A stretch of DNA of 64,000 nucleotides, taken from Clostridia bacterium. Lineage in GTDB: Bacteria > Bacillota > Clostridia > Christensenellales > QALW01. Of this stretch, positions 45,407 to 54,152 are shown piece after piece (the first letter of the stretch is position 1; each line of letters starts with the position of its first letter). The notes below the pieces were generated by a model. That model was given only the letters and a program-made list of their open reading frames with translations, had not been told where the DNA came from and searched no databases. A program made the translations under genes and the position numbers. The DNA lies in assembly GCA_045541035.1 (NCBI GenBank), contig JAZQII010000049.1, positions 12,225 through 76,224 on the forward strand, read 5' to 3'.

Positions 45407-45630
45407 CGGAACGAGAATTAAAACAAGCCTTTAATAATAAATGCCCGATAATGGCGTTTACAAGGGCAATAAGTTTAAGCGGTGATTGGGTGGAATATGC
45501 ATATATAAACTCAATAATATATACAAGAGACAGATTCGGAAACGACATATTATGTGCCGAACTTATGGACAAAAGCGGAAACAGTGTTGCAAAGTTTCGA
45601 GCAGAAAGTATCAAGGCAAAGGGGGCATGA
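45403..45630 (+). CDS. phage hypothetical protein
   Basis: 75 aa from ATG 45403 (GGGAGGGG RBS, ATGA overlap with the upstream stop). Confidence 0.55.
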   Translation: MTERELKQAFNNKCPIMAFTRAISLSGDWVEYAYINSIIYTRDRFGNDILCAELMDKSGNSVAKFRAESIKAKGA

Positions 45631-45633
45631 AAA

Positions 45634-45780
45634 ATGAACGATTATATTTTTGAATTTAAAGGCAGAAAAGTGCGAATAAGGGAGAATTCTATTGCATGGA
45701 ATATATGCACTCTATTTGGTGTTCTGTCTATTTTTTTGTCCTTTGTGTTGCCGTACATAGCGATAGTGATTTTTTTATGA
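45634..45780 (+). CDS. 48-aa protein with C-terminal TM helix
   Basis: Not in the track. AAGGGGG RBS. Its stop overlaps the next start (ATGA at 45777-45780). Confidence 0.45.
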   Translation: MNDYIFEFKGRKVRIRENSIAWNICTLFGVLSIFLSFVLPYIAIVIFL

Positions 45781-46316
45781 CTGAAAGTTTTGTTTTTGAC
45801 AAAGCAAAGTGGCATGCGGATAAAGACGGTTGTTGGCTTATGTTAAGAATTGACAGACCGCAGGCGGCTATTACTTTCTGCGCTAATAAAGAAAACAAAC
45901 TATATTCAGCTGATATAAAACGATACTATCAGAAGCGAAGCCTTGAGGCGAACAGACAGCTTTGGGTTTTTATAGATAAGTTGGCTGTAGAACAACGCAT
46001 ACCTCCGATTGAAGTGTATAGAAAATTTGTGCGCGATTTAGGCGGTAATTCTACGATAGTTCCGATTAAAGAAAATGCGGTAAACGAATGGAAAAGAATA
46101 TGGGCCTCGCATGGTATAGGATGGTTCTGTGAATCTTGGGGAAAGGCAAGAAATTTTCCTGAATATGAAAATATTATTTGTTATCATGGATCCAGTGCAT
46201 ACGATTCTAAAACAATGTCGCGATTGATAGATTCAGTTGTTGAAGAATGTGAAAATTGCGATATAGAAACGTTGCCACCGGAAAAATTGGCACTTTTAAA
46301 GGCGGGGCTTAAATGA
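45777..46316 (+). CDS. NinB/Orf-like (or HNHc_6-like) phage recombination-associated protein
   Basis: The KRSLEANRQLWVFIDKLA segment resembles the RSLDQNRKLWACLGDVS core of lambda NinB as I recall it. Start moved to ATG 45777. Confidence 0.5.
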   Translation: MTESFVFDKAKWHADKDGCWLMLRIDRPQAAITFCANKENKLYSADIKRYYQKRSLEANRQLWVFIDKLAVEQRIPPIEVYRKFVRDLGGNSTIVPIKENAVNEWKRIWASHGIGWFCESWGKARNFPEYENIICYHGSSAYDSKTMSRLIDSVVEECENCDIETLPPEKLALLKAGLK

Positions 46317-46669
46317 AATCAGTACGAAGTAAAGCTACGGATATTCCGCAATCGGTGAAAAAAGCAGTTTTTGAACGTGATAACGGTAGATGTATTTTCT
46401 GTAGAAATCCGGGACTTCCCGAAATGCATTATATTAGCAGGCAACGTGGTGGACTGGGAATAAAGGAGAATATAGTAACCGGTTGTCGGAAATGTCATGA
46501 TATATATGATTTTGGTGATAAATATCAAAAACAGTTATTTGATGATATAATTTGGGATTATTTAAAAAAACATTATCCCGATTTAAAAAAAGAAGATCTA
46601 TATTTTAAGAAATGGAGTGATGTAAGTGAATGTTGCAATGTTGGTAGGCAGGCTGACAAAGGATCCTGA
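46313..46669 (+). CDS. HNH endonuclease
   Basis: CIFC...HYISRQRGG...N...CRKCH pattern. Confidence 0.7.
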   Translation: MKSVRSKATDIPQSVKKAVFERDNGRCIFCRNPGLPEMHYISRQRGGLGIKENIVTGCRKCHDIYDFGDKYQKQLFDDIIWDYLKKHYPDLKKEDLYFKKWSDVSECCNVGRQADKGS

Positions 46670-46991
46670 TTTGCGTGCGACGACAAGCGGAATAAGTGTG
46701 TGCACTTTTACCTTGGCGGTAGATAGACATACTGCGGATGATAAAGCGGATTTTATTCCTATTGTTGTATGGCGAGGACAAGCTGATAACTGCGCTAAGT
46801 ATCTAAAAAAAGGAAGTCAGGCGGCGGTGCGAGGAAGTATTCAGACGCGTACTTATGATGGATCTGACGGTAAAAAAAGATATACGACAGAGGTCGTCGC
46901 AGATGAAGTTCAGTTTTTAGGATCTCCCGTTCAGGCGGTTGAGGAAAACACACAGTTACAGAACGTAACGGACGATGAATGTCCGTTTTAA
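46626..46991 (+). CDS. ssb: single-stranded DNA-binding protein
   Basis: OB-fold N-terminus (V/M)NVAMLVGRLTKDPDLR and an acidic C-terminal tail DDECPF. GTG start overlaps the HNH gene. ATG 46638 is an alternative start. Confidence 0.85.
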   Translation: MNVAMLVGRLTKDPDLRATTSGISVCTFTLAVDRHTADDKADFIPIVVWRGQADNCAKYLKKGSQAAVRGSIQTRTYDGSDGKKRYTTEVVADEVQFLGSPVQAVEENTQLQNVTDDECPF

Positions 46992-47011
46992 AAAAAGAAA
47001 GGAGCAAATAA

Positions 47012-47869
47012 ATGTCTCGCCCACTTAAAAGTGGGGTAGATTACTTTCCTAAAGACGTTGATTTTTATACAGATCCTAAAATCCAACTTTTGAAAAAAGA
47101 GTTTGGTGCTAAAGGAATGTATATTCTTGATTGTGTTCTTTGCAATGTTTATAAGGAAAATGGTTATTATTTGGATTGGAATGATGACATTTGCTTTCTG
47201 ATGTCTGACGGTGTCGATGGTGAATGCAAACCCAATTTTATAACTGAAGTAGTAAAAGGGTGTATCCGACGTTCTATTTTTGATAAAAGGGTGTTTGATA
47301 TGTTTGGAGTAATTACTTCGGCGGGAGTTCAAAGGCGATTTTTAAGAATGTGCAATAATCGTGAACAAATAATTATGGTTGAAGAGTATTGGTTGCTGGA
47401 TATAAACGATAAAAACGATGTTCCGGCAGGTACTCTTAATAAACTCACCCTAAAACCGTTAAAGACCAAGCAAAAACCAAATAAAAGTAAGCAAAACAGC
47501 GTTGAAAGTGATGGAAACCCCAAAAAGGAAAAAGAAACGAAAAAAGAAGAAATTATAAAAAATAAAGTTCCGGATCCTATTATAAAAGAATGGAACAGTT
47601 ATGTGGAAATGCGTAATAAGATACGTAAGCCAATGACAAATGATGCAATGTGTTTAGCATTAAAAAAACTTGAGGAGCTTGCGCCTGATGATTATGAAAC
47701 ACAAAAAGCGATTTTAAATCAATCAGTGTTCAGATCATGGCAAGGTTTATTTCCGATAAAAGGGAATGATTCACAAACAAATGGTAATAGGCGCAATAAC
47801 CATTTTCAAGGACGTAATACCGTATACGGAGATTCTTTATATTGTAATCCTGCGGAACTTGAAGTTTAA
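47012..47869 (+). CDS. phage replisome organizer (DUF4373 N-terminal domain, DnaD-like C-terminus)
   Basis: MSRPLKSGVDYFPKDVDFYTDPKIQLL... is the typical DUF4373 start. A K/E-rich linker follows, then a helical C-terminal domain. Confidence 0.7.
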   Translation: MSRPLKSGVDYFPKDVDFYTDPKIQLLKKEFGAKGMYILDCVLCNVYKENGYYLDWNDDICFLMSDGVDGECKPNFITEVVKGCIRRSIFDKRVFDMFGVITSAGVQRRFLRMCNNREQIIMVEEYWLLDINDKNDVPAGTLNKLTLKPLKTKQKPNKSKQNSVESDGNPKKEKETKKEEIIKNKVPDPIIKEWNSYVEMRNKIRKPMTNDAMCLALKKLEELAPDDYETQKAILNQSVFRSWQGLFPIKGNDSQTNGNRRNNHFQGRNTVYGDSLYCNPAELEV

Positions 47870-47877
47870 TTAAAAAA

Positions 47878-48090
47878 ATGGCAGACGGAAAGTCTTTAAT
47901 TATGTTTGTTAGAAAAAACATTCAGGCGGATATGCCGTTTGTAACGGTAGAATTTGACGTTAAAAGCAACAAAGTTCTTCAAGCACATGGTTTAAAAAAC
48001 TCACGTCCTGATGAAGACGTTATGAATTTTATATCACAATGGGTTGAGTTTGTAAAACAACAGAAAAAACATCAAAAAAAGAGCGCGTAA
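47878..48090 (+). CDS. phage hypothetical protein
   Basis: 70-aa ORF in the operon orientation. Confidence 0.5.
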   Translation: MADGKSLIMFVRKNIQADMPFVTVEFDVKSNKVLQAHGLKNSRPDEDVMNFISQWVEFVKQQKKHQKKSA

Positions 48091-48106
48091 AAAGGAGCGA
48101 TTTTAA

Positions 48107-48259
48107 GTGTCAGAACGAGAAAAACTTATTGATATTCTTGCTAATAGCAGGGCCGTTACTGATATGGAAACGTTTGAAGAAAATGCGGATCATCTTTTAA
48201 AAAACGGTGTTACAGTATCGCTTTGTAACATTAAAAACAAGAACGTTAAAGGTGTGTGA
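48107..48259 (+). CDS. phage micro-ORF (50 aa)
   Basis: GTG start with AAAGGAG at 48091-48097. Not in the track. Confidence 0.4.
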   Translation: MSEREKLIDILANSRAVTDMETFEENADHLLKNGVTVSLCNIKNKNVKGV

Positions 48260-48265
48260 ATAAAA

Positions 48266-48397
48266 GTGATCGATAACGATTTTGATGAGCAGGCTTTTAT
48301 AGATAATATAGAACTTCGTATCGATTGGAATTTACCTATATCGAAAGACGAATTGGAACTATACGAAAAGATAACAAAGGAGCGTGAACAGGAATGA
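48266..48397 (+). CDS. phage micro-ORF (43 aa)
   Basis: GTG start. Its stop overlaps the next ATG (ATGA). Confidence 0.35.
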   Translation: MIDNDFDEQAFIDNIELRIDWNLPISKDELELYEKITKEREQE

Positions 48398-48570
48398 ATG
48401 TTCGAGAAGCGTGTGAATTGATAAAAAAATATGCTAAATGCCCGAAATGTGGGTGTGAGGTTGTTGGTAATGGGAAAGGCACACTGGAAGTTGATAAAAG
48501 CATATTCAAGCGAACTTGCCATTGCGGTTGGAGCGTTATCATTGATAAGATGAAAGGCGGTGAGGGGTGA
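48394..48570 (+). CDS. phage small Cys-rich protein (58 aa)
   Basis: CPKCGC...CHCGW zinc-ribbon-like pattern. AAGGAG RBS. Confidence 0.5.
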   Translation: MNVREACELIKKYAKCPKCGCEVVGNGKGTLEVDKSIFKRTCHCGWSVIIDKMKGGEG

Positions 48571-48740
48571 TGGCTGAATATAAATTGACACCCGAAAAGA
48601 TATGCAGTTATGATGAAGCATACGACATTTACGATGCTGAGGAAATAGGATGGTGTGTAAAATGCAAATGCGACAAAAATTGTCCTATGTATAAGAAATT
48701 ACACACACGCACGCCAAAAGAAAGAGGTGGGGAGAAGTGA
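48570..48740 (+). CDS. phage small Cys-rich protein (56 aa)
   Basis: CVKCKCDKNC pattern. Its start shares one nt with the upstream stop. Confidence 0.45.
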   Translation: MAEYKLTPEKICSYDEAYDIYDAEEIGWCVKCKCDKNCPMYKKLHTRTPKERGGEK

Positions 48741-49072
48741 AAGCGTGGTTAGTTAGAGAAAAAGACGAATGTTGCGCAGAAATTGTCTTTGCCGAAACAA
48801 GAGGAAAAGCAAGGGCGTTGGCATTATCAAGTGATTGTTGCGAGTATGCTAAATTTACCGATATTGAAGCGTGCAGAATGCCCCAAGCCGATAAATATTA
48901 CAAAGAGGGCAAATGGCACTTGGATTGGAAAAATCCGCAAGACCGAATTGTTCTTGTTAAGGAATGTGGGTTTGTATGTGATATAGACTATTTTGATTTA
49001 TCAGATTGCGAGAGTTGTTCCTCAAAAGAATATTGCGACAGATATAAGGAAAGCGAGGTAACGGAAGAATGA
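48737..49072 (+). CDS. phage hypothetical protein
   Basis: 111 aa. GTGA overlap with the upstream gene and ATGA overlap with the downstream gene. Confidence 0.55.
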   Translation: MKAWLVREKDECCAEIVFAETRGKARALALSSDCCEYAKFTDIEACRMPQADKYYKEGKWHLDWKNPQDRIVLVKECGFVCDIDYFDLSDCESCSSKEYCDRYKESEVTEE

Positions 49073-49434
49073 GAGAGATTTTGTTTAGGGGAAAAAGAAA
49101 ACACATTGTCGATTTAAAAGACAGTGGTTGGGTTTTTGGAGATTTGATTACAGAAGAGTTTTCAATTTATACCAAACTACGAATTTTAATAGAAATTATC
49201 CCCGAAACATTAGGACAATACACGGGCTTGACCGACAAGAACGGCAAAAAGATTTTTGAGGGAGATATAGTTGCTTTAGGCGAATATCGGTACACGGTCG
49301 AATGGAAAGAAGATAGGCTTGGATATGGCTATTTTGAAACGGCTGATAGAATGCTTCAATGTGATGGCGGACATTGTGAAATCATCGGCAACATACACGA
49401 TAATCCTGAATTGTTAGGCGGTGAAAACAGATGA
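49069..49434 (+). CDS. YopX family phage protein (copy 1)
   Basis: MREILFRGK..., GQYTGLTDKNGKKIFEGDIV, IIGNIHDNPELL. Confidence 0.8.
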   Translation: MREILFRGKRKHIVDLKDSGWVFGDLITEEFSIYTKLRILIEIIPETLGQYTGLTDKNGKKIFEGDIVALGEYRYTVEWKEDRLGYGYFETADRMLQCDGGHCEIIGNIHDNPELLGGENR

Positions 49435-50042
49435 AATCAGTTTTAATATCAATTCAGCCTAAATGGTGTGAACTAATTGCAAGCGGTAAAATGACCGTAG
49501 AAGTTAGAAAAACAAAGCCGAAAATTGATGTGCCGTTTAAGTGCTACATTTATTGTACATTACAAGGAAGCAATGAATTTTTTAAAGAAGATTGTAATGG
49601 CGATGTTGCAAAATGGAACAGAAGTAAAATGGCGTTTAAAAAAGGTAAAGTTATAGGCGAGTTTGCGTGTGATTGCATAACCCCGCTTTATAATGTGTGT
49701 ACTGACGAATGGAAATATTTACAAGGTTGTTTGCACAATATAGAAAAAGAACTTGTGAAACAAGCGTGTTTGACGGAAAACGAACTTAACCATTATGCAA
49801 GTGGGAAACGATGTTATGCTTGGCACATATCCGACCTTAAAATTTACGATAAGCCGAAAGAGTTGGGCGAGTTTATGAACCCTTGTATAGATAAAGACCA
49901 CTATTGCCCTTTATGCCCCTTTGGTAGTGAATTGTTTGCAGGCGGAACAGAAGCAAACGAGTACGGACATATTTGCTTAAATAAGGTTAAAAGACCGCCA
50001 CAGAGTTGGTGCTATGTTGAAAGCGAGGGAGCGGAAGAATGA
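49431..50042 (+). CDS. ASCH (PUA-like) domain protein
   Basis: The N-terminus ISIQPKWCELIASGKMTVEVRK is typical of ASCH domains. Confidence 0.65.
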   Translation: MKSVLISIQPKWCELIASGKMTVEVRKTKPKIDVPFKCYIYCTLQGSNEFFKEDCNGDVAKWNRSKMAFKKGKVIGEFACDCITPLYNVCTDEWKYLQGCLHNIEKELVKQACLTENELNHYASGKRCYAWHISDLKIYDKPKELGEFMNPCIDKDHYCPLCPFGSELFAGGTEANEYGHICLNKVKRPPQSWCYVESEGAEE

Positions 50043-50218
50043 AAATAACATTTAATCTTGAACTCAACAACGAAAAGTGTACCAATTTTCGTATAGCGGA
50101 AGCGGTTGTTAACCTTTGTGAAGATACACACGAATCTTGTAAGGATTTTAATGCAGAGGTTATAGCCAAAATGATACTTTTACAGATTGGTACAAGGAAA
50201 GAGGTAATGAAAGAATGA
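50039..50218 (+). CDS. phage micro-ORF (59 aa)
   Basis: ATGA overlaps at both ends. Not in the track. Confidence 0.45.
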   Translation: MKITFNLELNNEKCTNFRIAEAVVNLCEDTHESCKDFNAEVIAKMILLQIGTRKEVMKE

Positions 50219-50667
50219 GAGAGATTTTGTTTAGGGCAAAAACAGAGCCGAATGCCAAAAGTAGTATGATAGGGAAAATTATCAAAAATCCAAAATGGAT
50301 ATATGGTTATATTGATTTGGGGTATATGCACGATTGCAAAACCGCCCTTATAGGAGACGAAAAAGGTAATAACGTGTATAAATGCCAATATGAAACCGTA
50401 GGACAATACACAGGCTTAACCGAGAACGGCACGAAGATTTTTGAGGGGGATATTGTCAAATACAAACACACGGACGGTATTAGTTTTAATGGTGTTAAAT
50501 TAACCGTTACGGGCAAAGTTATTTACAATGAAAAAAATGCAAGTTTTGCAGTTGATGGCAAAGACGAAATCGGGGCAAAGAGTTTTGACTACTTCCCAAT
50601 AAAAAACATTGAAGTCATCGGCAACATACACGATAACCCTGAATTGTTAGGCTGTGGTGAAGAATGA
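50215..50667 (+). CDS. YopX family phage protein (copy 2)
   Basis: Same terminal motifs as copy 1, with a divergent centre. Confidence 0.8.
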   Translation: MREILFRAKTEPNAKSSMIGKIIKNPKWIYGYIDLGYMHDCKTALIGDEKGNNVYKCQYETVGQYTGLTENGTKIFEGDIVKYKHTDGISFNGVKLTVTGKVIYNEKNASFAVDGKDEIGAKSFDYFPIKNIEVIGNIHDNPELLGCGEE

Positions 50668-50756
50668 CACTTGAAGAAGAATTGAAGAAAAATTTTTGGA
50701 GAATTACTTATAGTTTTTGGTGTGGAGTACAATACGATTGGAGTGAGAAAGAATGA
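50664..50756 (+). CDS. possible 30-aa micro-ORF
   Basis: ATGA overlaps at both ends keep the coupling chain unbroken. Otherwise unsupported. Confidence 0.3.
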   Translation: MTLEEELKKNFWRITYSFWCGVQYDWSEKE

Positions 50757-51196
50757 CCGACACAGAAATAATTAAGGCTTTGGAGTGTTGCAGTAACTCA
50801 AATTCTGACGAAGATTATTGTAAGGACTGTCCTTATAACTCAATAAAATATTGTGCTTCTGCTATATCCAAAGATGCCCTTAACCTTATCAACCGACAGA
50901 AGGCAGAGATTGAAGAAATAGTACATAAATTAGAATGTTTGCTATGCCACGCAACGGGCGGGAAATTATCCAAACACACATACCCGCTTGATATTATGTA
51001 TACTTTTGTTAATGATGAAATACAAGATTATTGCGAAGAAGCGAGATCCGAAGCGGTGAAAGAGTTTGTTGATTTAGCAATAAAAACTATTTGTGAAAAG
51101 GTTAATGCTCCATCACCAAGCGAAAGTTATATCGTTGAAAAATGTATTGAGGTTATTGACAACCTCTTAAAAGAAACGGTGGGTGATGAAAAATGA
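50753..51196 (+). CDS. phage hypothetical protein
   Basis: 147 aa with an N-terminal Cys cluster (CCSN...CKDCPY...C). Confidence 0.55.
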   Translation: MTDTEIIKALECCSNSNSDEDYCKDCPYNSIKYCASAISKDALNLINRQKAEIEEIVHKLECLLCHATGGKLSKHTYPLDIMYTFVNDEIQDYCEEARSEAVKEFVDLAIKTICEKVNAPSPSESYIVEKCIEVIDNLLKETVGDEK

Positions 51197-51265
51197 AAAA
51201 ATCTTTTGAAAGTCCGTTTTAATGGATGATCGGTTAGTTAAAATATATAAAAGGGGAGAAAAACA

Positions 51266-51445
51266 ATGGTTGAATACAAAGGTTATAAAATAACACAAGC
51301 ACCGAACAATCATATCGGAATAACCAAAGAAGGGCATGTATTAGCACACATTCAATGCGATAAAGAACTCTCTGAAGACGAACTCAAAGAAACAATCGAA
51401 TGGTTTATAGATTTTACCCAAAATCTATGTAAAAATAAAATATAA
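51266..51445 (+). CDS. phage micro-ORF (59 aa)
   Basis: AAGGGGAG RBS. Not in the track. Confidence 0.5.
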   Translation: MVEYKGYKITQAPNNHIGITKEGHVLAHIQCDKELSEDELKETIEWFIDFTQNLCKNKI

Positions 51446-51462
51446 AAGGATGGTAAAAAACA

Positions 51463-51759
51463 ATGGTAAAAGGTCTTTATGTACACAAAAAAGAAGGAAG
51501 ATGGCGTTCAAGTTATACAATTGTAAATTTAGAATATGAATCGGAAGGACCATTGACAATAGTACAACATGATAAATACGTACTGCTTCAGGTAATACCA
51601 GAAGAAAAAATAATTAGATTATATATGTTTAAAAATAACGAACTCTGTATGCGTGGGTGGAATTTTAAAAAACTAACTAAAAAAGAAATGGAGGAAGAAC
51701 TTCAGTGGTGTATAGAAAAATATGAAGAAGATCTGCGTAAACAAAACAATGAACAGTGA
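51463..51759 (+). CDS. phage hypothetical protein
   Basis: 98 aa. RBS AAAGGATGG. Confidence 0.55.
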   Translation: MVKGLYVHKKEGRWRSSYTIVNLEYESEGPLTIVQHDKYVLLQVIPEEKIIRLYMFKNNELCMRGWNFKKLTKKEMEEELQWCIEKYEEDLRKQNNEQ

Positions 51760-51794
51760 TTCAATCAGTATTAAAAATAAAACAGGTGCTGAAT

Positions 51795-52238
51795 ATGACG
51801 AATAAGGAAAAGAAAAAAATATTAAAACAGTTCGCGCAGATTGATCGGCATATTGAAATATTGATTAAGGAACGCGACGACATATATTCATCTGTTAAAA
51901 CCAGTCGGTTTTGCGATATTCCAGGCGGTGCACAAAACGTATCAATGCCGGAGCAAGCGTTAAAACTTATTGGGGAAATGGATGCTAAACTCAATGAAGA
52001 AATAGAACGTCTTCTGCTTGTTAAAACGTCGATTACGGATGCAATATATGCTATGAGAGATATAACCGAAAGGGATATATTGTTATTGCATTACATAGGT
52101 GAAAAACAAGCGAACGGCAGGTATAAACAGCTGTATTTGTGGCAAATTGCAAATGTAATAGGTTATAGTTTAGATACAACAAATCACAAGCACGGCGAAG
52201 CATTGACTCACATTAATTTAAAAAATAACAAGTTATAA
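51795..52238 (+). CDS. putative late-gene transcriptional activator (sigma-70 region-4-like / DUF1492-like HTH)
   Basis: Last gene before the terminase. The C-terminal LLLHYIGEK...LWQIANVIGYSLDTTNHKHGEAL resembles RinA/DUF1492-type regulators. The start could also be 51756. Confidence 0.5.
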   Translation: MTNKEKKKILKQFAQIDRHIEILIKERDDIYSSVKTSRFCDIPGGAQNVSMPEQALKLIGEMDAKLNEEIERLLLVKTSITDAIYAMRDITERDILLLHYIGEKQANGRYKQLYLWQIANVIGYSLDTTNHKHGEALTHINLKNNKL

Positions 52239-52271
52239 CAACTATGGTTGTGATAATATGTTATTGTAAAA

Positions 52272-52298
52272 GATTGTCAGTAATGATAATCTTTTTTT
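52272..52298 (+). terminator. intrinsic terminator separating early and late modules
   Basis: GATTGTCA / TGATAATC stem (one G-U pair) followed by TTTTTTTGTTTTTTG. Confidence 0.65.
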
Positions 52299-52423
52299 GT
52301 TTTTTGCTCCATTCTTGACGTTTCGGCAGTTGGACGTTATCAGCTGCCACCAATCGCATTTAGACGTAGTCATGTGATGAGGAGGAGAGGGCGGGTTAAT
52401 ATATACCATAAAGGAGGTATTTT

Positions 52424-52804
52424 GTGGGCAAGAAAAAGCTTAGCGACAAACAACGTAAATGGATTTATTTCTATAAGCAGGGAAAGTCCGAAGGTGAAGC
52501 GGCAGAGCTTGCCGGGTATAAAGCAAATAGCAAACACTCCTTTGCACAAATAGGTTACGAAAACTTGAAAAAACTTGAAGAACATATAAAAAATCGCGAA
52601 GAACTGTTGGATAAACAAAATATAGCCGATATGCAGGAAATAAACGAGTTTTGGACGACGGTAATGAATGATCCTGAAGCAAGGATGCAAGATCGATTAA
52701 AGGCTTCAGAACTGCGCGCAAAGGCCGCAGGCGGTTTTATAAATGATGTAAATGGTGGAAATACTGTTGTGATTCTTTCAGGGGATGATAAGATTGCAGA
52801 CTAA
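52424..52804 (+). CDS. terS: terminase small subunit
   Basis: GTG start behind AAAGGAGG. An N-terminal HTH-like region (KSEGEAAELAGY) is followed by a coiled region. Directly precedes terL. Confidence 0.75.
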   Translation: MGKKKLSDKQRKWIYFYKQGKSEGEAAELAGYKANSKHSFAQIGYENLKKLEEHIKNREELLDKQNIADMQEINEFWTTVMNDPEARMQDRLKASELRAKAAGGFINDVNGGNTVVILSGDDKIAD

Positions 52805-54152
52805 AGTATATTTGCCTGATATCGTCGGGAAAGGGTATGGACATTTTTGGAAGAGCGAAAAAAGATATAGAGTTTTAAAAGGCGGTAAAGGCAGTAAAAA
52901 ATCAACTACTACTGCATTAAATCTTATATATCGCCTGATGAAATATCCTGAATCAAATCTTTTAGTTGTGCGCGCTGTATTCAATACTCACAAGGATTCG
53001 ACCTTTGCACAGTTAAAATGGGCACAAGAAAAACTTGGAGTGAGTCATTTATGGCAAAACAATATCAGTCCACTTGAAATGACGTATAAACCAACGGGGC
53101 AGAAGGTTTTATTCCGCGGCTTCGATGACGTTTTAAAGTTGGCATCAACAACAGTTTCAAAAGGCTATCTCTGTTGGGTGTGGATAGAAGAAGCCTTCGA
53201 GATAGCCTCTGAAGCAGATTTCGATAAATTAGACCTTTCTGTTCCTCGTGGAAATATTTCTGAAAATCTTTTTAAGCAAACAACGATAACATTTAATCCC
53301 TGGAGTGAAAAGCATTGGCTTAAAAAAAGATTCTTTGATAAAACAGACGAGAGCGTTGATATATATACAACCAATTATATGATAAATGAGTTTCTTGATG
53401 AGACGGACAAAAAAATATTCGAGAGAATGAAAAAAGAATCTCCGCGAAAATATGATGTTGCCGGCTTAGGAAATTGGGGTATTGCAGAAGGAACTATATT
53501 TGAAAATTGGTATGTTCTTGAATTTGATTATAAAACACTTGGAATTTGTTATGATAATGCAGGGAGAAAGGTTGATTTATCATGGCAATATAATGCATTT
53601 TTCGGGCTCGATTATGGTTATACAAATGATCCAACGGCATTTATAGCTTTTATGGCGAATCCTATTGAAAAAGAAATATACATATACGATGAGCATTATG
53701 AACATAAGATGCTCAATAGCGATATTGCAACAATGATTAAACGTAAGGGATATTCAAAAGAACGTATTCGAGCAGATGCTGCGGAACCGAAATCTAACGA
53801 TGATTTAAGACGTTTAGGTATTCAAAGGATTCAGCCTTCTATTAAGGGCAGAGATAGTGTTATAAATGGCATTATGGCTATTAAAGAATATAAAATTTTT
53901 GTGCATCCATCGTGTATAAATACAATTGCAGAACTTCAATCATATTGCTATAAAAAAGATAAAAATGAAAATGGGATCAATGAACCGGAAGATTCTAATA
54001 ATCACCTTATGGATGCTTTAAGATATGCTTTCTACGACGTCAGATTCTTTAAACCTACAGATCCGAAAGAAAAACAAAGACCAACAGCGACAGAATATTA
54101 CGATATGAAACATGGATTATCACCGGATGATATGAAGGGAGAGTGGTTTTGA
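52785..54152 (+). CDS. terL: terminase large subunit (PBSX-like)
   Basis: Walker A GGKGSKKST, a Walker B-like WIEEA and a C-terminal nuclease Asp cluster. 455 aa. Confidence 0.85.
   Translation: MIRLQTKVYLPDIVGKGYGHFWKSEKRYRVLKGGKGSKKSTTTALNLIYRLMKYPESNLLVVRAVFNTHKDSTFAQLKWAQEKLGVSHLWQNNISPLEMTYKPTGQKVLFRGFDDVLKLASTTVSKGYLCWVWIEEAFEIASEADFDKLDLSVPRGNISENLFKQTTITFNPWSEKHWLKKRFFDKTDESVDIYTTNYMINEFLDETDKKIFERMKKESPRKYDVAGLGNWGIAEGTIFENWYVLEFDYKTLGICYDNAGRKVDLSWQYNAFFGLDYGYTNDPTAFIAFMANPIEKEIYIYDEHYEHKMLNSDIATMIKRKGYSKERIRADAAEPKSNDDLRRLGIQRIQPSIKGRDSVINGIMAIKEYKIFVHPSCINTIAELQSYCYKKDKNENGINEPEDSNNHLMDALRYAFYDVRFFKPTDPKEKQRPTATEYYDMKHGLSPDDMKGEWF

Noticed and set aside
48190-48621. 143-aa and 68-aa minus-strand track ORFs in the phage early region
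   Set aside because: They are antisense shadows of four RBS-preceded, overlap-coupled plus-strand micro-ORFs. No RBS is present, and the orientation opposes the whole operon.
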